A stretch of DNA of 64,000 nt from an uncultured virus (IMG/VR IMGVR_UViG_3300020055_000013) (IMGVR_UViG_3300020055_000013), one strand, 5' to 3'. Shown: positions 40,345 through 49,642, numbered from the stretch's first letter. The notes: generated from the sequence alone by a model not told the origin. Translations and numbers: made by a program.

Positions 40345-41232
40345 TCAAGAAGCCGCTACTTCTTCAGTTTTCTTTTTTGTGGTTTTTCTTCTAGTCTTAG
40401 GCTTAGACTGGATTGAGTTTTTGTCTTGATTTTCATCTACGGCTAAATCATTTTCATAATCAGCTTGCAATAAAAGCTGTCCATTGTCAGACAATAGATT
40501 ACCGTCACGGTCTATTCTATGTCCATCTTTATTGATAAGCCAGCCTAAATCGTTAACTATAGTGCCATCTATGTCAACAGTATTACCAGAGTTATCAATT
40601 AAAGCTAAATCAGAATTAACTAAATTGAACTTGAGTAAAAACTGATTTTCTGGCAAGTTTTCTTCATAAGAAGGATCTAGTCCGTATAACATTTCTCCCA
40701 TAGCTGTAGCTGCTGCAAAGGCTAATTCTTCTTCGGTGCTATTTTCGTACTCGTCTAAATTTGCAAAAACCTTGTCGCCACTTACATAAAAAGTAGAATT
40801 CGCTACTAGGAAGTTAAACTTTTTATTGTCAGAAAGTCCCTCGGCAGTATTGGCTTCAAGTGATATTTTTTCTGATATTAAATCTCGCAATCTGATCCTT
40901 AAAGCTCTTAATAAAATAGCTTTTTCTTTTCCTTCAGATACTTTTAACTTACCATTTGCTCCTGAACCAAGAGCTAATTCTTTTTCTAGGGTGTGAATAT
41001 GTTCAGTAAGCTCACTTTGTCTTAAGTCTTTTTCGTTGTCCCATATGCCATTCTTATACATAAAATCAAGAAGGGTTAACTTGGTAAATAAGCCATCTCT
41101 AACAGCTTCAGTCCAGACCTTAACCCCAAGATGATTAGCCTTTGTAAGTAAAGATGACGTAGGCTTTTTTATTAAGATCTCAACTTCTTCTCCATTTTCT
41201 TTCTTAACGGTAATTTTTTTAGTTTTTTCCAT
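40345..41232 (-). CDS. Putative tail assembly chaperone (G-like), paralog of 41576-42625
   Basis: Immediately upstream of TMP; coiled-coil; C-terminal 7-residue DxxG repeats; aligns with 349-aa ORF. Confidence 0.55.
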   Translation of the reverse strand: MEKTKKITVKKENGEEVEILIKKPTSSLLTKANHLGVKVWTEAVRDGLFTKLTLLDFMYKNGIWDNEKDLRQSELTEHIHTLEKELALGSGANGKLKVSEGKEKAILLRALRIRLRDLISEKISLEANTAEGLSDNKKFNFLVANSTFYVSGDKVFANLDEYENSTEEELAFAAATAMGEMLYGLDPSYEENLPENQFLLKFNLVNSDLALIDNSGNTVDIDGTIVNDLGWLINKDGHRIDRDGNLLSDNGQLLLQADYENDLAVDENQDKNSIQSKPKTRRKTTKKKTEEVAAS

Positions 41233-41548
41233 GATTGTTATCCTTGTTAAAAGTGAAGTGAACTATATTTGAACGACGCTTGATCTCCAAAGAATCTATC
41301 TTATGATGCGTCATTCTGATTTGATCGTTTCCCCTGTCTAGTATATCTGATCTTAGTTTTTGAAATAAGTCAAAGTAATAGTCCCCGTTTTCTGCACCGT
41401 CTTCCCAGAGAAAGCCGAAAAATTGCTCAACGGAACTTAACGAACCTATCATTGTTGTCTGTATTTTTTTTGAAATAAACGATTTTAGTTCAGATATAGA
41501 AATTTGAGACTCTTGGGCGTCTCTTTCGTTTTGATAATTTGAATACAT
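41219..41548 (-). CDS. Hypothetical protein
   Basis: 109 aa, AGGAGG RBS, between the chaperone-like paralogs. Confidence 0.6.
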   Translation of the reverse strand: MYSNYQNERDAQESQISISELKSFISKKIQTTMIGSLSSVEQFFGFLWEDGAENGDYYFDLFQKLRSDILDRGNDQIRMTHHKIDSLEIKRRSNIVHFTFNKDNNHGKN

Positions 41549-41575
41549 TTAATCCTCCTGTCATTAGTCCATTTT

Positions 41576-42625
41576 TTATTTGTACGCTTTTTTAATGGCA
41601 TTCATTTTTTTTATTTCATCTTGACCTTTTATATCATTAAAATCTGAAAATGATTTAACACCGCCAGACTTAAATTGATTCTCTCTATCTTGAATTATTT
41701 TTTTAGCTGATTCGTCGTTTGAATTATTAATATCGTCTACAGAAATATTTTCTTGTGGGAAAATAATTCTAGTTGAAGCATTTTTTATTTTACTAGACCT
41801 TATGTGTGAATCTATGTTATTTTTAGAATTAGAAGTTTTCTCTTGTCTATTTAGATGTATCAAAAATCCATCCATAACATAGTGATTTTCCCAACATTCT
41901 TTTGGTGGTGGCTCATGACTATTTCTTAATTGATCAAAAGTGTAAGACCAAGACATGATATTTTTTTGATTAATAGTAAGATCTTCGTCTTCTTTGTTAC
42001 AAAATAATTTTAAATTTGATTTACAAGAAGTCAGCCATAGAGTCAACCAAGGGTCTTTGATTGCTATAAATCTTAACGTATATTCATCCAGAAAGCTAGA
42101 GTAGTATATAGACTTAACTCGATCTAATGCACAAGGTTTGATTCTTTTGTTCTTATAGAAAGAGCTGTGCTTTAAAACAAAATTTATCCTTGTGTCATCA
42201 GCTAGAAATTCACACGTTTGATCATAAAATGAGTTCTTTGTATCATTAAGCTTTTTGATTTCTTTTTCGATGAATTTAACTTTTAAAATTCCTTCATTAA
42301 CTTTCTTCTTATTACTTCTGTTTTTATAGATATCAAACTTTACATCTTCTACAAGTTTTTGTTTTTCAATTAATAATGAATCAAGATCTTTAGACCACAA
42401 ATCTCTATTAATCATCCATTCGTTGATTTCCTTTAGTGTCATTATTCCTTCATTTACAAACTTTTCGTAACATTCTTTGTATATAAAGTAGGCTTCTGAT
42501 ACAATGGAATATTTTGGTGGCTTTATTACAAAATTATTTTTACAAACACTTCCAGATCTTAATTGAGAAAATAGAAACTCCCGCAAATGCATGTCTAGTT
42601 GTTCTGCCTCTACGGGAGCTTCCAT
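41576..42625 (-). CDS. Putative tail assembly chaperone (GT-like), paralog of 40345-41232 with extra C-terminal domain
   Basis: IKPP...EGIMT...W...QTCEFLADDTRINFVLKHSSFY vs IKKP...DGLFT...W...NTAEGLSDNKKFNFLVANSTFY; between tube and TMP. Confidence 0.5.
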   Translation of the reverse strand: MEAPVEAEQLDMHLREFLFSQLRSGSVCKNNFVIKPPKYSIVSEAYFIYKECYEKFVNEGIMTLKEINEWMINRDLWSKDLDSLLIEKQKLVEDVKFDIYKNRSNKKKVNEGILKVKFIEKEIKKLNDTKNSFYDQTCEFLADDTRINFVLKHSSFYKNKRIKPCALDRVKSIYYSSFLDEYTLRFIAIKDPWLTLWLTSCKSNLKLFCNKEDEDLTINQKNIMSWSYTFDQLRNSHEPPPKECWENHYVMDGFLIHLNRQEKTSNSKNNIDSHIRSSKIKNASTRIIFPQENISVDDINNSNDESAKKIIQDRENQFKSGGVKSFSDFNDIKGQDEIKKMNAIKKAYK

Positions 42626-43601
42626 AAGTCCTTGTCCTTATACCTTGAAATCAATAATAAGACGATAAATTATTGTAACCAACACCGGTCGAAGATGCAG
42701 TTCTTGGGCCACCATCTGCTCCACCATTCTCTTCTGAGTATGATGTTACACTAACACTAGCCGAGTATGGACCAATTTTCGAATTCCAACCACCGCCAAC
42801 AGAATAATTCCCTTCGGAAGCGGGATCAATATAACTAGTTGATTCAACGCTAATTTCAGCCGGATACTGAGGAACAGTATCGTAAGCAGCAACTTGACCT
42901 AAGCACAATATCGGTTGGATATTCAAACTTAGATTTGCGCTTAAAGAAATAGTTGGACACTGATTACGGGATTTAAGTAAAGCAGTGTTGGGCGGGGTGC
43001 CATACTCGGAGACGACAGAAGAGTAATTTAGATATGGATCACCTCTCCTTAGTGGGGTATAAGTGCTGCCTTGTGATAGGGTCAGTTCTGTGCCATCGCC
43101 AGCATATTGCACGGGGGTCCCGTTTATTATTGTGCTAACACCTGTAGAAACAACTCCTATGCTTTCAACCATAGCTCCTTCGGCATCGATTGAATAACTA
43201 TAAGAAGAAAGTGAACCACTCATCGAAAAAGAGTACGTATTTTCAGTATCAACAGAAAGAGTCACGCCTCCATAATTCGAAAAAGTAGCCAAGGTGAAGT
43301 TGTTATTCAACTGCGCATTCCACCAAAGCGTATTTACCTGTGGATTACCAGATCCCGGTGTATATCTCTCTAAAGTCATTTCGTAAAGGGGAGCGCCCTG
43401 AGTACTGCCAAATGTGCCTGTGCTGCCCATCTGCAATAAAGCCTCAAAGCTTGTATTTCCTTCCATGCTGCAAGCAGTAAAGCCAGAATCGGCACTACCC
43501 TTATCTCCCGTCATTTCCGCTTTAAATCCAGCTAATGTTATAACACCCATAATATCTCCAATTTGTATAAGGTTTTACGTTGTAGTAAAGAAAAGGACTT
43601 A
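42625..43601 (-). promoter_or_regulatory. Paired inverted repeats flanking the tail tube gene (long-range RNA pairing)
   Basis: TAAGTCCTT 42625-42633 / AAGGACTTA 43593-43601 and CCTTATAC 42636-42643 / GTATAAGG 43565-43572 are exact reverse complements in nested order. Confidence 0.65.
42651..43550 (-). CDS. Probable major tail tube protein
   Basis: 299 aa Ser/Gly/Thr-rich with two internally similar halves (..EALLQMG..P.YEMTLE / ..QPILCLG..P.EISVE); between neck genes and chaperones/TMP; own promoter and GGAGA RBS. Confidence 0.6.
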   Translation of the reverse strand: MGVITLAGFKAEMTGDKGSADSGFTACSMEGNTSFEALLQMGSTGTFGSTQGAPLYEMTLERYTPGSGNPQVNTLWWNAQLNNNFTLATFSNYGGVTLSVDTENTYSFSMSGSLSSYSYSIDAEGAMVESIGVVSTGVSTIINGTPVQYAGDGTELTLSQGSTYTPLRRGDPYLNYSSVVSEYGTPPNTALLKSRNQCPTISLSANLSLNIQPILCLGQVAAYDTVPQYPAEISVESTSYIDPASEGNYSVGGGWNSKIGPYSASVSVTSYSEENGGADGGPRTASSTGVGYNNLSSYY

Positions 43602-43605
43602 ATAT

Positions 43606-43614
43606 TTAATACAC
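43606..43614 (-). promoter_or_regulatory. Candidate late promoter GTGTATTAA
   Basis: Same core motif as 12499, 49293, 53886; intergenic after stop. Confidence 0.5.
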
Positions 43615-43618
43615 GAAA

Positions 43619-44563
43619 CTAGTGTTCTACTATTAATTCAGCAGACATTCTGACTACCCCGCCGTATAAACTATTTGTCAAAAAACTAATGTCGCTAGTT
43701 TTAGTGTTTAACATTCTCATGTCAGCTAATAAATAATTAGATATTAAATTGTCGTAATTTTTAGCGTTTGGTCTTAAATATCCATTGTAGTCTATTGGAA
43801 AATCGTTATTTTCAGATATTTTTTTGCTACTAAACATACTGACGCTGTGACCATTAAGAAATGAAATAATATCAATCATTTTGTTTTTAGTTAGTTCATC
43901 TTCAGCAACGCAGTAAAATATAATGTCTGTATAAACAAAATCATTAAAACCACCCATGCAAAACGGCTTAAATGATCTGGTTGGGGCGAGTTCTATAGCT
44001 ATTAAAGGTAATTGCACTTTTAGCTCTGGGGGCGTAGAAATGGAAACATCTTGAGGAGATATGTTCATAGATTTTTTCTGTATTTCCCTGAACCACGGTA
44101 ATGAGCTAGCATAAATTACGTTAATATACTTAAAGCTATATTCCGCTTGAACTTTACTAGACGTTGGAATAGGTGAATCAAAAACAATTCTGCCATTAAA
44201 ATGATCAATATTATGAGCAAAAGGGCCGGTGGTGTCTGATGGATAAAAATTATCATCCACATAAACGCCAGAGACTCCGGGTTTACTCGGATTAACCCCC
44301 ACCAAGGGATTAGGATTATGAGATATACCACTCTGCCAAACCCAGTTGCTTCTATATGCTTCCCAAGCGGAACCTTCTGAGAAATTACTATTAGAAGAAA
44401 TAGAAAGCAGTGAATAGTCTTGACCGTTTGGGGATGTTTCTCCAAGGCTGGTATTGAAATAATTACCTTTATTTAGAAGATACCAATCAAGATATTCAAT
44501 AACAGAGTCCTGTATCTCGTTAGTAATTCCGGGGGAAAATATATTATCAATTTCGTATTTCAT
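43619..44563 (-). CDS. Putative tail completion/terminator-like protein
   Basis: Position before tube gene; LPLIAIE...DIIFYCVAED..TKNKMIDII resembles terminator-type fold. Confidence 0.45.
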   Translation of the reverse strand: MKYEIDNIFSPGITNEIQDSVIEYLDWYLLNKGNYFNTSLGETSPNGQDYSLLSISSNSNFSEGSAWEAYRSNWVWQSGISHNPNPLVGVNPSKPGVSGVYVDDNFYPSDTTGPFAHNIDHFNGRIVFDSPIPTSSKVQAEYSFKYINVIYASSLPWFREIQKKSMNISPQDVSISTPPELKVQLPLIAIELAPTRSFKPFCMGGFNDFVYTDIIFYCVAEDELTKNKMIDIISFLNGHSVSMFSSKKISENNDFPIDYNGYLRPNAKNYDNLISNYLLADMRMLNTKTSDISFLTNSLYGGVVRMSAELIVEH

Positions 44564-44568
44564 AGTAA

Positions 44569-45195
44569 TTATGATAAAATGTTGGAAATAGATGTTGACA
44601 AAGCAGAAGTAAACTGTGGGCTAGTTAAAGCTCTAGTAACAAAATTGTCATCCATTGTACCAGAAAATTCTGAAGGAACCTTAAAATATCCACCACTAGA
44701 CATATAACCTAAATTAGACCGCCCTCTGCCTGAAGATGGTTCATATTGATAACCTGAAACTATTACTGAATCCCCCAAAGATATTAACCAATTCAACCAG
44801 TGTAAGTCTCCACCCCTGTATTTAACATGTCCTTGGTCTAAGCTTAGTAAGTTAGTAAATGTAGATGGTTGAAAATAAATAGTGAGCGGTATGTTTGATA
44901 AAGACGAATTGATATTTTTAATTTTAACTTCAACAGAACTTGATACGGCAGAGGCAATAGCAGAAGCGGCAGAAGATTCTGAGCCGGGATATAAACCAAA
45001 TTCACCAGATAAATTTCCAGATTTTAGAGCAAGCATTTCGGGCTGCGAAGAAATGCTATCTGAAGCCAAATTCTTGCAAGATGATTCTATCCTTTGTTTA
45101 TTATTCCTAATGGTACGAGAAAAATCTTCTGCTATGGCTTTATTGATCTTGCTTGATATTTCATTGATAGTTTGCGTTAATTTGATATAAGTCAT
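44569..45195 (-). CDS. Putative neck/tail completion protein
   Basis: Synteny; WL.WL and NFVTRAL C-terminal pattern; likely start ATG 45195. Confidence 0.45.
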   Translation of the reverse strand: MTYIKLTQTINEISSKINKAIAEDFSRTIRNNKQRIESSCKNLASDSISSQPEMLALKSGNLSGEFGLYPGSESSAASAIASAVSSSVEVKIKNINSSLSNIPLTIYFQPSTFTNLLSLDQGHVKYRGGDLHWLNWLISLGDSVIVSGYQYEPSSGRGRSNLGYMSSGGYFKVPSEFSGTMDDNFVTRALTSPQFTSALSTSISNILS

Positions 45196-45196
45196 C

Positions 45197-45679
45197 TTAT
45201 GCCCTTTTCCAAAAACATGCAAAATATCTATTTTGTTTCAGGCCAAGAGGAATATAATCTCCAGATCTTTGGAATCTCATCTCTTTATATTGAGATATTC
45301 CATCGTGAGCTATAAGAAATTTAGAATTAAGAACTTTCTCTAAATCTGTCATCTTGCCGATAGTTTGTATTGAGGCGTCTGGAACAACTAAGTCGGGTGT
45401 AATTTTAATCCAAGATTTGCTATCCCAGTACACTTTTAGTAATACATCAGTGTATGTTTCAACTTCTTTAACCGTAACAGTACCTCTATTTCTAGTTCCA
45501 CCACCCCTTCGGTGATCATTTATAGTGTTAACGTTTGGGAAGTTATTGTCTGGATTATATACTATTTCTTCTTTTTTTTCTATAGAAACTAGCTTGCATG
45601 TGACACCAAAAATGTCAAAAGTAGAATCTATAACGTCGAAGTATTTATCGAATACGCTTTGCGGTATATTTACTGGCAT
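45197..45679 (-). CDS. Putative head-closure (stopper) protein
   Basis: 160 aa beta-rich ORF in neck position. Confidence 0.4.
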   Translation of the reverse strand: MPVNIPQSVFDKYFDVIDSTFDIFGVTCKLVSIEKKEEIVYNPDNNFPNVNTINDHRRGGGTRNRGTVTVKEVETYTDVLLKVYWDSKSWIKITPDLVVPDASIQTIGKMTDLEKVLNSKFLIAHDGISQYKEMRFQRSGDYIPLGLKQNRYFACFWKRA

Positions 45680-45680
45680 G

Positions 45681-47201
45681 TTATATCTTGTGTATGCTAA
45701 GTTTACTATAATTTCTTGGTTGACCCTTATATTCTAGATAAATTAAATCACCAGAGGGTATATTGACTGTCCAAGAGCTACTTCCATTTCCATCGTCTGG
45801 ATCACCCATAAATATTGAGGTAGATAAATAATTTGTTATAGAGCCATTACCACTGCTACATAGCCTGAACATATTATCAGTGTCACCATTAGATGTGGCG
45901 TATGTAGCGGCAATGTGGGCATTAATAGCATAAGTACCAGATCTAGGAACTTCATAAAAATAATTTGAAGTATTCCAATCACTAGGGTCTGATGCTGATT
46001 CTACATGAGAAAATGGAAAAATTGCCCAAGCGTTTGAGCTTGCACTCCAAGCAGCATTGAAACCGTCAGTGCTATCACCACGAACAGTGCAGTACGGATT
46101 TTCGTGTTCAGCTTCGTGCAGATATGTGTCAACCTTGCCCGATATAGCTATTTCTAAATCTCTAAAATCAGAACGATATCCGCTAATATGAACATTTAGA
46201 TTATCCTGAACGCCGCTTGCATAAGCGTATAAATCACCAGAAGCGGAAACTATTGACGCATCAGTGTAATTTACTAAAGATCCAGATGTAGCTATTAAGT
46301 CTTCAATTGAAGTGAAAATACCAGACAATTCTACCATTGGTAAATCGTCAATAACTAAACGCCTAAAGGAAGGATAATTGCTTTCGCACGACGGAAGGCA
46401 GTCATCTATGGGTCCAGCGAAAACCGTGTGAGCGTCTTGCTTTTTTAAGAGTATGTACTGGTTTACGTCACCGCTGACATGAATTATTAAATGGGAATTT
46501 GTTTGATCCCCAAGTGGAAGCTGATCATCGGTTAAATTTGGAGAGAAATGAACATACTGAGTACCACCACTGTAGGGTTGTTTAGATAGCTGTAAGTTTG
46601 CGTTATTACCATTCCCAGACTGAAAGTAAACTCCCGTGGGGCCAACGTAATAACCAGAGGCTCTAATTCTACTTGAATAGTCTAAAGCATCGCCGCCAAC
46701 ATCCACTCCATAATAATGATTTGGCTGGTTGACGCCAAGCGATTTTAAACCTGAATCATAAGTAAGTTCAGAAAAATAATTAAGAATATTCTCAGAATCC
46801 CAAACAGCCAACCCTTTTCTTTGTGGTACGTTTAGGTTTGGTAGCCCAGAACCCATCATTACTGCGTGAGTTGCTGGATAAGTTATGAAAACTTCTTTAA
46901 CACCCGGAGGGAAATTTACTTTTGAATTATCTTGATTACTACTCCTAAACGGCATTCTTGTCAAAATGTTTGATGTTATGGGATCTGCTAAGTCGTGGTC
47001 TTCTCTGTAATAGATACCAGATCCTATTTCGTAACTACGACCATCTGTGACTGCGTAAAAAACTGTTTCTGCGTGATTAAAAAATCTCTCCAAAGAACTA
47101 AAACCATCAGCAGCACCCGCGAGTGCAAAGTCGGTATAGCCTTGAGAATAAGTAAGCTCTTTGACTCTATCGAATAATCGTATTGAATTTTGATCAGTCA
47201 C
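45681..47201 (-). CDS. Fibre protein with DRVKE-type N-terminal domain and C1q-like C-terminal domain
   Basis: LFDRVKE...YEIGSG...RSSN...VFITYPA; coiled coil; FPFSHV...WNTSNYFYEVPRSGTYAINA...GDLIYL C1q-like. Confidence 0.65.
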   Translation of the reverse strand: MTDQNSIRLFDRVKELTYSQGYTDFALAGAADGFSSLERFFNHAETVFYAVTDGRSYEIGSGIYYREDHDLADPITSNILTRMPFRSSNQDNSKVNFPPGVKEVFITYPATHAVMMGSGLPNLNVPQRKGLAVWDSENILNYFSELTYDSGLKSLGVNQPNHYYGVDVGGDALDYSSRIRASGYYVGPTGVYFQSGNGNNANLQLSKQPYSGGTQYVHFSPNLTDDQLPLGDQTNSHLIIHVSGDVNQYILLKKQDAHTVFAGPIDDCLPSCESNYPSFRRLVIDDLPMVELSGIFTSIEDLIATSGSLVNYTDASIVSASGDLYAYASGVQDNLNVHISGYRSDFRDLEIAISGKVDTYLHEAEHENPYCTVRGDSTDGFNAAWSASSNAWAIFPFSHVESASDPSDWNTSNYFYEVPRSGTYAINAHIAATYATSNGDTDNMFRLCSSGNGSITNYLSTSIFMGDPDDGNGSSSWTVNIPSGDLIYLEYKGQPRNYSKLSIHKI

Positions 47202-47216
47202 TATAATACCCCGCTA

Positions 47217-48194
47217 TTAAGACTGTTGATATCTTACCACTGGTGCGCTATCTGGAGTAACACCTGAAGGTACTCCAAAAACCATGAGATCATTTACTTC
47301 GGCATCCCTGAACGCATTTGTATCATCTTGTACATAGAAAGTAACATATTCTGGAGTTCTAACAACGCAAGACACCGTATTTTGGTCAAAGTCCTCACCG
47401 ACAGCATTACTCTGCCTAGCATTACTAGTGCCAATAGCAGAAATATGTAAAGAGTTATCAAAGAGGTTTGGTTTGAAATAAATTCTAAATTTCCCAGCTT
47501 GTGGAACACCGTTCTCCATTACTCTTTCTACCATGCTGATATTGTAAGAACTATTGACTGTCACAGTAGTGCCTTCAGTAACCCCAGACACAGAATTGAA
47601 ATTAATCCAAGCTTGAGCGGTCGAAACCCCAGTTCTTAATTCAGAATTATCAGAATCAAATTTAAGATAACTATCATCACCAACGTGTACAATTTCTTCG
47701 TCTGAAGCGGCGTGTTCAAACCTAAGACCGTGACCACTTAAGACATTGTTACCACTAGAGTTAATCCAATTATCTTCAATTCCCAAATTTCCCTGAACTG
47801 TTCTACTACCATCAAGGTTAAAATATTGTAAGTGAGAATCCAAATCTAAGTTATCAAGCTCGTCATGCTTAATGCCGGTTGGGCCGGGATATGCTCTAAC
47901 TTGTAATTCCCCGCCGCCCTCGGCGCTTTGGAATTGAATGCCACTTTCAACGATTACAATCCCGCCACTTGTAGTATCTTCATCAACGGTAGTTTTAAGA
48001 TATAAGTTACTGACGAACTGAGTACCAACAGATTCCCAGTCTCCACTAGCAACAATATATGGAATAGAAAAAGCAACCTCGGCCATATTGTCTCTAACGT
48101 CTTTGGCGCTGATTAAACCGGCATTATTGTCTGCCAAATCTGACTCTATACTTGATACTAACTGTTCAACTGTTTTTGCGTTATATGTTGCCAT
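47217..48194 (-). CDS. Fibre-like structural protein
   Basis: C-terminal AQAWINFN...SSYNISMVER...GKFRIYF typical of phage fibre tip domains. Confidence 0.55.
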   Translation of the reverse strand: MATYNAKTVEQLVSSIESDLADNNAGLISAKDVRDNMAEVAFSIPYIVASGDWESVGTQFVSNLYLKTTVDEDTTSGGIVIVESGIQFQSAEGGGELQVRAYPGPTGIKHDELDNLDLDSHLQYFNLDGSRTVQGNLGIEDNWINSSGNNVLSGHGLRFEHAASDEEIVHVGDDSYLKFDSDNSELRTGVSTAQAWINFNSVSGVTEGTTVTVNSSYNISMVERVMENGVPQAGKFRIYFKPNLFDNSLHISAIGTSNARQSNAVGEDFDQNTVSCVVRTPEYVTFYVQDDTNAFRDAEVNDLMVFGVPSGVTPDSAPVVRYQQS

Positions 48195-48208
48195 TTATTT
48201 GTTCTCCT

Positions 48209-48730
48209 TTAATATCTAAAATATCCACCTCTAAGGTCGTTGTCTGAATAAGAGCGTGTTACAAAGTCGCTACCGGGACTATATGGCCCAAGTATTGCGT
48301 GTCCAGCCAAGCTATTGCCAGCACGATAATCTAAGAGCATTTGGTCATATTTGGAACATAAATCTTTGTATAAGATTGTTAGTGAACTGGAAACACCGCG
48401 AAGATCTATAGAAGATGGGCCGTCTTTTATAGAAATAGCATTACCAGACTCGGACCTAACCTCACTGCCAAGAATAATACAAGAGCATTTAAGACTAACC
48501 AGCGCTATAAAATCATCGTCTTTGGTTGTGTCATCAGTTGGATCTGGTGACAGTTCGCACTGTTCTACGTTAATTGTGTAAAGCTGCTTTAAGTCTGTCT
48601 CGGTTGTGAGTAACTGTGCTGCTACTAATATTGTAGTCTCTAAGCGTTTAGCTGAGTATTTATAATTTGCTGGATCGACATCACTAATTAAGTGGCGAAC
48701 CATTGTGGAAATTTGGCCTTGCCAAGACAT
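48209..48730 (-). CDS. Putative head-tail adaptor/connector
   Basis: MVRHLISD.D...YKYS..RL helical pattern; SIKDGPSSIDL; neck context. Confidence 0.5.
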   Translation of the reverse strand: MSWQGQISTMVRHLISDVDPANYKYSAKRLETTILVAAQLLTTETDLKQLYTINVEQCELSPDPTDDTTKDDDFIALVSLKCSCIILGSEVRSESGNAISIKDGPSSIDLRGVSSSLTILYKDLCSKYDQMLLDYRAGNSLAGHAILGPYSPGSDFVTRSYSDNDLRGGYFRY

Positions 48731-48737
48731 ATATCAC

Positions 48738-49043
48738 CTATAGGTTGCAGTGTACTTGAAAACTGTAAATATCAGTATAGTAAGTGCCTGCTGGTAAGGC
48801 GACTTTGGCCTGAAGCTTGTAATGTCCAGCCTCGTCCAAATCTCCAGCTAGTGTGTTGTAATAAACTTTACCATCCGTACCATCAGTGTATAACGTGCCA
48901 ACCTTGTTGACAACTTCATCGTCTGGCTTTTTAAACATCATTGTAATACTGGAAGCAGTTGAAATATCAACAACAACTCCATCATCTTTAATTGTAACGA
49001 GGAATTTAGTGCCAACATCATTTACATGTATTTCGCTAGCCAT
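48738..49043 (-). CDS. BppU N-terminal-like Ig-fold structural protein
   Basis: D.GTKFLVTIKDDG..VDIS..S.ITMMFKKPD...DGKVYY....DLDEAG.YKLQ..V. Confidence 0.65.
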   Translation of the reverse strand: MASEIHVNDVGTKFLVTIKDDGVVVDISTASSITMMFKKPDDEVVNKVGTLYTDGTDGKVYYNTLAGDLDEAGHYKLQAKVALPAGTYYTDIYSFQVHCNL

Positions 49044-49044
49044 G

Positions 49045-49107
49045 TTACCTCTTTAGTGTTATGTCCGAAGTTTGTTTGATGGAAAGCGTAATCTCTAAGG
49101 TTTTCAT
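49045..49107 (-). CDS. Possible 20-aa micropeptide MKTLEITLSIKQTSDITLKR
   Basis: ATGA overlap with upstream ORF and stop 1 nt before next ATG; fills the gap exactly. Confidence 0.4.
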   Translation of the reverse strand: MKTLEITLSIKQTSDITLKR

Positions 49108-49277
49108 AGTATAACCATTGGATCTTTCTCTATAGTCATATCTATTGTAATTATACTACATATGTTTTGTGTTTCGGGGCTTTGCTGCTGAATATATAAA
49201 ATAAGCTCCTCGTCGTGGCCGTTGTAAAAAATAGACTGCGACGTAGAGAGCGGCAGGAAGCTCCAGAAATTGAACAT
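49104..49277 (-). CDS. Small hypothetical protein (57 aa)
   Basis: MFNFWSFLPLSTSQSIFYNGHDEELILYIQQ...; GAGGT RBS and candidate promoter upstream; below ORF-track cutoff. Confidence 0.6.
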   Translation of the reverse strand: MFNFWSFLPLSTSQSIFYNGHDEELILYIQQQSPETQNICSIITIDMTIEKDPMVIL

Positions 49278-49292
49278 ATATTACCTCACTTA

Positions 49293-49307
49293 GTTATACA
49301 CTAAATT
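49293..49307 (-). promoter_or_regulatory. Candidate late promoter AATTTAGTGTATAAC
   Basis: 14 nt identical to 12500-12513. Confidence 0.6.
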
Positions 49308-49630
49308 CAGACACCTGACGGTGGAGTAATGATATTATTTTCAGCGCCCAGCTGCATTACATAGCCAATGAGTCCAGTCATGGCGGCTTGTAGGTTTGCG
49401 TCAGTTTCAGACTTTTCCAGCATATTCTCAACCCTGACCCACTGGCCATTTCCGGGTTCTAGTTCTGCTACGCCATCAAACATACCGTATTTGTGTAGTT
49501 TGACTTCTCCCGTAACGTCGCCATTAGGATCAGGAGCGCGAATAACGATCTCCTCAATCCACACCCTGTCATAAGTTTTAGCGGGAATCACCGCTGGATC
49601 AACTGCATTTAAAATTGGTAAATCTGCCAT
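49307..49630 (-). CDS. Small protein downstream of tail fibre (possible fibre chaperone)
   Basis: 107 aa, AGGAG RBS, synteny only. Confidence 0.45.
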   Translation of the reverse strand: MADLPILNAVDPAVIPAKTYDRVWIEEIVIRAPDPNGDVTGEVKLHKYGMFDGVAELEPGNGQWVRVENMLEKSETDANLQAAMTGLIGYVMQLGAENNIITPPSGV

Positions 49631-49642
49631 AATATTCTCCTT

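Noticed and set aside
40372..40378. In-phase A AAA AAG slippery site near the end of the 295-aa gene
   Set aside because: The -1 frame stops (TGA) two codons later, so no GT-like extension results.
42625..43601. Invertible DNA segment bounded by the inverted repeats
   Set aside because: Arms are interrupted asymmetrically (2 vs 20 nt), no recombinase nearby, and inversion would silence an essential gene; RNA pairing fits better.
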